NCBI GenBank assembly: GCA_001642005.1
Contig: LWCA01000097.1
Span: 1-55,930, forward strand
DNA: 55,930 nucleotides
Direction of reading: 5' to 3'
Origin: Intoshia linei
Taxonomy: Eukaryota > Animalia > Orthonectida
The notes under the pieces were generated by a model. It searched no databases. It was not told the DNA's origin and saw nothing but the letters and a program-made list of their open reading frames with translations. Below, one piece after another: positions 1 to 10,000 of this stretch. The position numbers and the translations under genes were made by a program. Numbering within the stretch: position 1 is the first letter of the stretch; each line of letters begins with the position of its first letter.

Positions 1-152
1 TATAATAAAGTTACAATAAAAACGACATTACTTATGAAACGACCTAATATAATAACCCTCCAAATTGACCCCTTTTACAAATTTCCTCCCTACAAAGATT
101 GAGAATCCGTTGAGAATCACTGTTCTAGAATAAATATCTAATTTGACATTTA

Positions 153-2388
153 TTATTTATTATTACAATCACACGAAAAAAAAATTTTTAAATCTTGATA
201 TTTTTCATATTCCTTAACTTTATCCAATCCTGTATTTGAATGACTTTTTTCAATAATATTATAAAATTCAGTACAATAAAATGCGGAATATTTAAAAGAA
301 TTATCATGTACATAAAGTTTCCTAAAAGACAATAAAATGTAAATATAACAATGCACGATTAAAAGTTTAACTACACATTAATAAAATGGACGTCCATTTT
401 CTGCAGCGACATAATCATAGATTCATAGATCAGACTATTATATCATATAATTGATTTTTTCACGAAATTTTAATGGATTCTTTATTCATAATTTTGGGAC
501 CAAAATTTAGTAGGGTTTTTAAGGGAATATTTTTTTCTACGATTTTTTAAAGATTTTGAAGATAAATTTGAGACCAAAATTATCTACACACATGTATTAT
601 ACATTAAAACATATAGCTTCGCGACCAACGCTATCGAAAAAATTGCACGACTCACAAATAATAAATATAACAAATACTGTAAAATGTGATAAATATAAGG
701 TTAATATACATTAGGACAGTGGTTCTCAAATAAAAAATTCATAAAATTTATAAGAAAATATGAAGTAATAATATTCTCTTTGTCGCATTGAAATAAGATT
801 AATAAAAGTTGAAAAGTTTTTTTAATCTTATCCGCTACCATTCCAATGGAGCCTTGCCCATATTAATAACCACTACATTTGGGTTGTTTCAAAAAATATT
901 TTTTTAAATACCCAAAATAATATCTACTTATTGCCATTTTTGGTGAGTGACTGAGAGTATCAATAATAATAAAAGCTTTTTTTGAAAAGTTTTAGATAAT
1001 GCATACATTATATGCAAATTATATTATTCTATGCCATATAATAATATATAATATTAATGTATATTACCTTAACAAATGGCCATTTATATAACTATTTGAT
1101 GTAATTAAAAATTTAAAAAATAATTCCAAAATCACCGAAAAATATATCGTGACCCACCACGTCAAAACATTTTGGAAAACGCTGCATTATGGAGTATATT
1201 AAAGATATAAAATGTGGCTTCTTCTATTATTGTGGCACATTACATTTTTATAAAAATTTTTATCTATTTTATGTAAAATGATTCAACCAAAGGGATTTAT
1301 TTAAATAACTTATTACACATTTGGAATCGAATACTATTTTATAAAATGTTTAAATATACCAAGGAGAGAACAATTCAATGACATTATTCGGAACAATCAA
1401 TTCATTCGTATTTAAAAATATATAATAGTAATTATGGACATTTTCGATTTCATCGTATTCATAAGTCTTTATAAGTTGCATAGTCATATAATCCGTCTGA
1501 CAAACTTCACATATTGTTAGATATCTGGTATCTAAAAATATTTTAAATGTTTAACATTTGTAAACATTAAAAAATATATATATTTTTTGGTTTTAGATAA
1601 TTGAGTAGGTACTCGTAGAAATACCCGTAATTTAAAAGAGTTCAAAAATGACAAACAAAGTGATTTGAAAGGTGGAAAGTTATAACGATTAAACTTATAT
1701 TTATTTTTTATTTTCGATAAAATTAAAGATACCTGAAGGATATGTTGAAACTTTTCGGTCCGACTGTTTTAATGTCTTTTTATTTTCTACGATAAAAATT
1801 AAATTGTTATTATTAATAAACCATCTATATTTAAACCTTTTTCTTTTTCCCACAAATATATTTTTGCGTGTAAATCATTTATATAACATTTATATTTCAT
1901 TGCTAATCCATTTCTACAAAAAAATATAATAATACGTTGTAATATAGTAATTTAAAAAACTGTGACGGACTTGAATTAAATGATTAAATTAAGTTATGAA
2001 TTAATTATATTAAAATAAAGTACAATGTAATTAAGTTATATAAAATAATATATAGTAATCATTGATTACCAATCAATTACTTCCATTATAATAATAATTA
2101 TTATTCAATACTTTTTTAATACTCCTTAACTCAAAAAATTAACAAAACAAAACTACTTTTGATATATTTTTGATTTTTTTGAATATATAGTGTATGTTTA
2201 AGTTTTAAACTCTCCAAATATAGGTTGGTAATCCAGGTATAAATTGATATAATTACTACATAATGAATAAATATAATACATTTTATACAAATTTAATTCT
2301 TTACAATTCTTTTGGTACAGCGTCAATGTATTTTTGATAGTTCGATTACAATTTTCAAATAAATTACCTGTTGGTTTTTTCATTGAAC
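153..2388 (-). CDS. Multi-exon gene, SPIDR/KIAA0146-like (DUF4502-like region); 5' exon(s) not resolved
   Basis: Phase-compatible GT-AG exons 2388-2280, 1913-1837, 1786-1733, 1531-1360 and 321-153 join to ...YKINGLAMKYKCYINDLHAKIYLWEKEK...RYLTICEVCQ...LIVPNNVIELFSPWKLYVHDNSFKYSAFYC...SCDCNNK*. These motifs resemble vertebrate SPIDR GLAERL...SAISLW and DTVRIFPPWQKL...NTYFC (recalled from memory). Confidence 0.55.
717..1184. mobile_element. Degenerate hAT-type MITE in an intron of the SPIDR-like gene
   Basis: Begins CAGTGGTTCTCAAA and ends GACCCACCAC...TTTGGAAAACGCTG. Flanks cattagga/cattatgg form an imperfect 8-bp TSD. Confidence 0.45.
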
Positions 2389-2419
2389 CTTAATAAAAAT
2401 AAAAAATTATTATTTAGGT

Positions 2420-2587
2420 CAGGGTGGTACAAAAACATGGTGAAATCAAAAAGTAAATTTTACAAATTTCGCGGACCGCAACATTAAAAAATATTTACAA
2501 TATTATTTCATCATTGCTTCCCTCTTAGTTTTTGCAATGAAAGTTTAGCAAGCAATGATTGAATCAATGAAGCAATGAACCACCCTG
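2420..2587. mobile_element. hAT-type MITE (168 bp)
   Basis: TIRs CAGGGTGGTACA / TGAACCACCCTG; 8-bp TSD atttaggt/atttaagt. Confidence 0.75.
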
Positions 2588-2995
2588 ATTTAAGTTGAAA
2601 ATATATATAAATTGATACAGTTGTTAAAAAAATTAAATTATTTTAATTTATCAACTAGAACTTGGGATGCTAAAGTGGTCCATATGGTATATGGACCACT
2701 TGAATATCACCTTTTTCCTTAAATAATGAAAGTTTATTTTATAAATTCTTATTTATTTCGAATATTATATAAATAAGAAAAAATTCATAACCAATGATTT
2801 TCTCAAAAAAATGATTACAGAACGAACCCTAGGCTAATAGTTTTGGACCCAAATCGGAATCGCTGCTCTGGGTGCGCAAAAATATTGTGATGTTTGCGTA
2901 TTAAAAAATATTATTCTTACTTGTATAAATTTTATATATCTATTAAAAAAGTACAAAAAATTAGACATTCAAATTTAATATAAATGTATGTAAAG

Positions 2996-3325
2996 CAGGG
3001 ATCTGCAACATGTGGCCAGCGGGTCAAAAATGGACCATATAATAATTTTGGTGGCTCTTTGAGTAAATATGTAAATTATTTATATTTAAATTTTTCACCT
3101 TTAAAACACCGTTTTAAACATTTTCTACTATAATTGGCTCATTATAATAATTTTAATACAGAATTTTCACATGGTCCCGGATTTTATTTTATTGTAAATA
3201 TATTAGAAACGTTTCTCTTCAGTTAAAATTGAAATCTATTATGTGCAAATTTTCAAAAACGGGCTCTATATAATTTTTTGATATAAAGAAGTGGCCAACG
3301 AGATGCAAAAGGTTGCCGACCCCTG
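2996..3325. mobile_element. hAT (Charlie-like) MITE
   Basis: TIRs CAGGGATCTGCAAC / GTTGCCGACCCCTG; perfect 8-bp TSD ATGTAAAG (2988-2995 and 3326-3333). Confidence 0.85.
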
Positions 3326-3732
3326 ATGTAAAGAATACAAATGTAAACTACTTTTTTTCAATCCGCTGATATCAAAATTATTTAGATAAATATTAGTATT
3401 TTTTCTTTTAATCTAAAAAAAATGAACAAAGGCTTAAATAATATTAACCTCAATTGGTTTGCTAAATTTTTTGTTCACCATTTAGCAAAATAACCTTATT
3501 GTTAGTAGGCATGCATATCGAGCCTTACCTTAATATCTCAACTTAATCTATTTTGAAATTAACAAGATTATCAATATTATCAGACATGTTAAAGTAACCA
3601 GTTTAGCATAATATGTAATGTAATATAAAACATAATATTTTGACAGTCCAGTGATGATTATAATTAATATTCACACTATCAGTATTGTATCATTTAAACT
3701 TTAAATTAAAGTGGCCAGAAAAATACGTACTA

Positions 3733-4074
3733 CAGTCAAAATCTCATTTAACGAATGTCGAAATTTTATTTTCTATATAAATGCCTAAATATCTGGTATT
3801 TAACGAATTTTTGATTAACGAACGCGTAAATTCAATATTATTTTATTTTTTAAGTAGTTTTTTTAAATATTACATCGTCTCTTTTAAGAAGTCATGGAAT
3901 CTTTTTATATATATAAAATTATCATAAATTATCAATGTAAGATATTATTATAATAAAAAGTTTAATTATATGTTCATATTAAATATAATTTTGATAAATT
4001 TAAGAAATGTGTGCAGCAGCACATTTCTAATACAGTTAAATTTCTAATATTTTCGTTAAATGAGATTTTGACTG
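3733..4074. mobile_element. Tc1/mariner-pogo-type MITE containing a mini-Helitron
   Basis: TIRs CAGTCAAAATCTCATTTAACGAA / TTCGTTAAATGAGATTTTGACTG with TA on both sides. The right part recurs at 19441-19603. Confidence 0.85.
3900..4030 (+). mobile_element. Mini non-autonomous Helitron (family C, ~131 bp)
   Basis: A|TCTTTTTATATATATAAAA...TGTGC-AGCA-GCACA hairpin-TTT-CTAA|T. A second copy lies at 19447-19576. Confidence 0.6.
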
Positions 4075-4336
4075 TATATACATAATCTCTCATGTTTCTG
4101 ACTTTAATATCAAAATATTTATGTTTGAGAAGTGTACGCGCAGGTTTTTAATAAATCTAATTTTAAAATTTAAATGACGGTACGGGTGTGTACGAATTAT
4201 ATAATATCAGCCAGTGTATGCTCTAATACGAATCTTGTAGCGATCTTTTTGACTGCTTTTTTGCTATTATTACATATACGGTAAAGCACCAAATTAATAT
4301 TTTATAATAATTTTAACAATTTTTCAATATATAATA

Positions 4337-5463
4337 CTGTATTCTTTCCATAACTCGCCATTCTTGGGATTGAGAAAAAATTGGTGAGATAGGGAATTTG
4401 GCGAGATTTTAAATTTGAAATTTTTAAATCTCAAATTCTCATTTTCAAAACATTTTATTTAAAATTTAAATTAAAACTACAACAACGATTACTAAAAGTA
4501 ATACAACTTTGTTATTATCATATTTATATTTATTACAATCCTTTGCAATATTAGTATAATGCACCTGAAATATGTTTATAAAGTGCCGATTCCGTTAATT
4601 ATTGATAAATACTTGGTATTTTTAAGTAATTATTAAATTGGTACTGAATATATATCATCAAATTGAAAATGACAAAATAGGTTTCTATAATTTTATTTTT
4701 TCTGGAATTTATGCTATTTATGACAATTTTTGGGATTGGACTTTTTTGACTTTATTTTTAATATTATACACACACTAGCTTGGCTGTTTTGTACTACGTA
4801 CAAATAGCACCTAGCTCTGCTAAGGGCACTCTTTTATTATACCAAAAAAATAAATTCACGTTGAAAATCTAACTTAAATCCACTATTCACTATTATCCAT
4901 AAACAAGTGGTTCCCAAACTTGTTTCAGGTGGAACCATCATATGACATTACTGTGTGGTTCCCAAATTTGTTTCAGGTGGAACCATCATATCACATTACT
5001 TTTTACTTTAAAGTGAATTATTCCACTTAATTTTTTTTTTAACACATTTGTGTAAATAATTTTAAAAACAATTATTATCCCATTTTTTTAATTTATTAGA
5101 CAGAATGTGTGTATAATTTTAAAAATAAAGTAAAAACAGTCCAATTCTAAAAATTGTCATAAATAGCATAAATTTCAAAAAAAATAAAATTATAAAAACC
5201 TATTTTGTCATTTTCAATGTGATGACATATATTCAGTACCAATTTAATAAATACTTAAAAATACCAATTGTGTATCAATAATTAATTGAATCTTCACTTT
5301 ATAAATATTTCAGTCGAAATTTACCATTATTGGAAAGGATTTTAATATAAAAATGATTGATGTTAAAAAAATGTGTCTATACTTTTGGCCTTTTTTCTTG
5401 TTTTATAAAAAAATTGGATTTTGTACTGAAAATTTTGCTAAATGTCAATCAGAATGAATACAG
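4337..5463. mobile_element. Fold-back (long inverted repeat) element with TA flanks, interrupted at its centre by a Helitron
   Basis: Arms 4337-4774 and 5106-5463 are reverse complements, strongly so over the inner ~210 bp. Ends are TA-CTGTATTC...GAATACAG-TA. Confidence 0.75.
4775..5105 (-). mobile_element. Non-autonomous Helitron family B
   Basis: Minus strand reads A|TTCTGTCTAATAAATT...TGTAC-GTA-GTACA hairpin...CTAG|T. Homologous to 6557-6911 and to partial copies near 47850-48000, 49470-49690 and 36500-37241. Confidence 0.75.
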
Positions 5464-5749
5464 TATGATGATTAAATAAAAAAAATTAAAAAAACAATTT
5501 TCTTACCTATTTCGGATATCATGTTCTTTTTGAGACTCATTGAGACGTCTTATCTTCATTAGTTTGGACTGTTAGCTACTTAATGTAGTTTTTCTTTTTA
5601 CCATTTTATGTTAAATTTGTAACAATTATCAATAAAAAAAATAACGTTTCAGTTAGTATAAATTTAATTTTATATTTTATATTAAGTTGCGGTAGTGTCA
5701 TAAATTAATTAAAGTTTACAAAATTTTTTAAAAATGAAAATTTGAAATT

Positions 5750-6556
5750 TAAACATTGCGTAGCAATGAAAAATCATACCGAAGGAATGAATTATATAGA
5801 TTTTCACCCATATGTCTTTACTGGAAATGTGTAGACATACAATCCACATTTTTTTTGAAATTGTAGGATCAATATTTACATTTTCAATTTTTGATTTTAA
5901 TTGAAATATTTGAAAAATATTGGTTGATAAAATATTAAAAATTATTTTTTTTCCGGGAATGCGTAGATTTCTGGAGTTGAACTTTTGTATTTATATCAAC
6001 TGGAATAAGCTCTATCAGAATAATTTTTTTTTTAATTTTCTGACCATTAATTAGATCACATTTATTGTTTTAATAAAATGATTCGGAAAAAATATATATG
6101 AATACTAAAATGCTTTTTTGACCGTGAAGTCGTCACTTATTCGGATTTAAATTTTTGGTTTGTTAACATAATACAACTCTACCACTTGTAAATTTTTTGA
6201 AATTCTAGGACTGTTTTCAAAAAAAAAGGAAGGGTAATTTGGGCTTTGGCCCTGAAGATATAATTTTTTTAAATTGAAATTTTTGATTATGTTTATGATT
6301 TTAAAATCCGCATTAGCGTATATATTTTTTTAAATTTTCCAACTTGTTCAATTTTCAAAAAGAGGGACAACAGGGGTTTTTGATCCTGAAGATGTGAAAT
6401 TGGGAGGTTGAATTTTATGTTATTATATGCCCTGGAAAAAACTGTAATTTAAATGTGGTCTTTAAAAAATTCTAAGAGTGCTAGTTATTTCAAAAAAGTA
6501 ACACACACAGACAGACACACAAACAAAAATCGCGTCGCATTTTATATAAGTTAGGA
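5750..6556 (-). mobile_element. Non-autonomous Helitron family A (microsatellite-bearing)
   Basis: Minus-strand 5' end A|TCCTAACTTATATAAAATGC...TTTGTTTGTGTGTCTGTCTGTGTG, a Lep1-type Helitron start. Hairpin CATTGC-GTA-GCAATG at 5754-5768. Internal sequence is shared with many copies in the window. Confidence 0.7.
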
Positions 6557-6911
6557 TTCTGTCTAATAAATTAAAAAAATAGGATAAAAATTGTTTTTAA
6601 AATTCTTTACGCAAATTTTAACAAAACAAAATTAAGATGGAAAAAAATGGGATAATTGTTTTTAAAATTCTTTACGCAAATGTTAACAAAAAAAATTAAG
6701 ATGGAAAGTTCACTTTAAAGTAAAAAGTAACGTGATATGACGGTTCCACCTGAAACAAGTTTGGGAACCATTTATTTAAAGAGTTCATAATAGTGAATAG
6801 TACAATTTTTAAGTTAGATTTTCAACGTGAATTTATTTTTTTGTTAGAATAAAAATGTGCCGTCGACAGAGCTAGGTGCTGTTTGTACGTAGTACATAAC
6901 AGTCAATCTAG
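6557..6911 (+). mobile_element. Non-autonomous Helitron family B
   Basis: A|TTCTGTCTAATAAATT...CTGTTTGTACGTAGTACATAACAGTCAATCTAG|T, with an internal tandem duplication near 6570-6700. Confidence 0.75.
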
Positions 6912-7041
6912 TTATTTATAATATCCTTGAATTAAAAAATATGTGTGGTGGGAGAAGGGTCCACTAATTGTACTACTTTGAGATTTTATCTGTGCTGCTA
7001 ATAAATAATTTCTTTTAAATTAATTGTTATTTTATTTTAAG

Positions 7042-10000
7042 GTTCAACTGATCGACGTCAATTGTTGTTATGGAAATTTAATCCTAGAGCATGCACCAAT
7101 TTAATTAGAATAAACGATAATATGGAATCTTTCGTTTATAGTAATCCTTAATTATATAAAATTCCATGATAATGTCTGTCTGTTTTTTTGATCGATTATA
7201 CTACACAAAAAAAATGTGTCAATAAAATTTATATAAATTTATGTAAGAATCAAAATTTTAGTATTTCAGCTTGAAAAAATATATACATATATATAAATGT
7301 ATATTATGATTCAATCAGCTCAATTTTAGAAATTATTAGGGAAAAAATAGATTAATTTGATTAATATACATTTCTATAGAAAAATATCGATATAAAGTCT
7401 AATTTGTAAATAAATAGTATAACATTTCATATTTTCCTGATGCATAGTTATATTTGCCAAATATATATTCAAAATTTAAATCGTCTCGAATTTATGATTC
7501 ATGATGTCAAAAATAATGGAGTCCATTATATAATTTTTTTTTCGTGTGCCCGAATAGGTTCCCGAACACTGTAGGTTCAGCTATTGTAAATTTTAATGTA
7601 TAATTTTATTTTTTATAATGCATTAAATGTTAATAAAATTAACTCCAAAATTTTATATCTATAGATTTTCAAATTTAATTTAAATTTTCATTTATTGCAT
7701 TTGATTTTACTAAGCTTTTTATCTATAGAAGAAAGTGTTCCTAAGCTAATATTCATTGGAGACAATATGGGAAATGTGATTCAATTAGAAAAATCTGCGA
7801 CAAACAATTTTAATTACATGTAATAATAATTTTAATATAAGCAATTACATGTATTCATATTAAGGTATTAATTTTTTTCAAAGAACAAAAATACAGGGTC
7901 ATACAGGATGAAATAAAAAATTCTAAGAACGGTGGTACAATTTGGTAAGCCTACATTTTTAAAAACATTGGTCTGCTCAAAAGAAATAGTTTTCATAAAT
8001 AAGATTTATAACATTGTGTGTAATCTTGCCATTATATGTATATTATTTATTGAAATCGTCATTTCTATTGACAAAAGTCTTACCTGCATGCGAAAAAAAT
8101 TAAAATGGGTCTAATTAATGACAAAAAAATATTTTTTTTCGATTTTATATTCAAAATTTCATTAGTAATTGCTAAATTGTATTTTTGCTTAAAAATAATA
8201 TAAACGTAATATATTTAACATAAATCACTTAATGACAGTCAGTTACATGAAGAATAATTATTTTGATTTCAATCAGATTATAATTATTTTAAATTATAAT
8301 GAAGTCAAATTCGTTACTGTTGGACCCATACAAGTTGTATGGTTGTAAGTTGTATCATAATGATACAATCATTTAAAAAATTTAATCGCATCATAATGAT
8401 ATTTTTTCACTTTTAAATGATGTATCATATAATTCACTTCTATTAAAAAATATTTTATACTGTTTTTCAGTTTTCTTACCGGATAAAGTAACGACAGTAC
8501 CATAAATACTGTCAAATACCTATAAAAATTATATCGGTTACATACATTGACGTTAAATTAGATAATTAAGATAATTAATTTTAATTTTGAACTAAAATTA
8601 CACCGTTGATCGACTTAAAATTAATAATAATCATAAAAAAATAATAATGAATTTCAGTTCAAAACATTATGGGTTTTTTGCAAAAGAAGCAGATAAATTG
8701 CAAAGCGGGCCGATGATTTTGTAATAATATTAAAAATAAACACTACACAATGTGTAGTACAGATATATTTTTATTGCATTTCAGATACATTAAGGCCCTG
8801 TATTTTTTTAGTTTCTAAAATTCGATAAAAAAGATTTTAATTTTCAAGTAAAATAGTTTATACTATTATTTAAAATTTATAATGTATTTCATAATATACT
8901 TGTATATATATTATATATTTTTGGATTGGAGTTATATTTTTGATGGATGAGGAGGAGATAATTCTCCTGTAACTGCTGTGCAACACCCTGTATTATTATC
9001 GATCTGAAGTTTATACTATGGTTTATTGGTTTTGTGGTTAATATATGAATAATCCTTTACGTCAAATTTTGTTTTACAATTTATTAAAAATTTTTCACTT
9101 TTGTCCGTTTTTGAATTCTGGTTAAATTGTGAATACTCAACAATTAATTTGGTTAATTTCGTTTTAATGCTGTTTAGACGAATAGGTTTTATATTAAATT
9201 TTTAAAGATATAACAAGGGTATTTCTTCGGCTATCGTACATATAGTATTATATCTGGAACGTTCAATGATCGTTAAATATCTTCTGAAAACAGATCTTAC
9301 ATTAGCAACACGGGTTTGCATTTTAAGATTTGATACGCGAGAGAAGTTTATATTTCTGGATACCCTGAATCGTAGATTTTTTATTTTCTGTTTTTATTAT
9401 TAATCAGCGAAGTTTTGTACATAATAAACGTTTAAAATTTGTTTGTTTAACATTTGTTTAAAATTTAAACGATATTACAAAACTTTAAAATCAAATTAAA
9501 TGAATTGTTTGTTGAATTAATAATAATGAAACAAGAATAATCGGTGTCTGATTGATGTATAACTAACAGGATTTAAGTAAATAGGATTACATATTTAATT
9601 TAATTAATATTAATCAGAACCAAAGTACTCATTTTCCGGTTTAATTATTAATAATCCAGAAATATTTTATGTACATTATATTATATTATTAAATATATTA
9701 TATTTTATAACCACATAATACTGTTAACAATATTACATTGATTAAGTTGAATTAATAGTGAATTGAGATTTATGAAAACTGTTTCCGTCGAATAGTATGA
9801 TGTTTTTAAAATTTTGACACTAACGAATGGTACTATGATGCTTAGAATTTTATTTCTCATTTTGTAGTACCCTGGATTTTTTGTTTTAGAAAAATTTTAA
9901 CACCTTAATATATAATGACATGGATAATAAATAAAAAACTACCTTATTCAAAACGGAAATTTTTTCAGATAAAAATTCCAACAAATTTTCTAAACGTCAT

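Noticed and set aside
829-1092. Short candidate minus-strand exons
   Set aside because: They lie within a hAT MITE, and exon 1531-1360 splices in phase directly to 321.
4907-5000. CRISPR-like palindromic direct repeats
   Set aside because: Only two adjacent units with no unique spacers, inside a Helitron in a eukaryotic genome.
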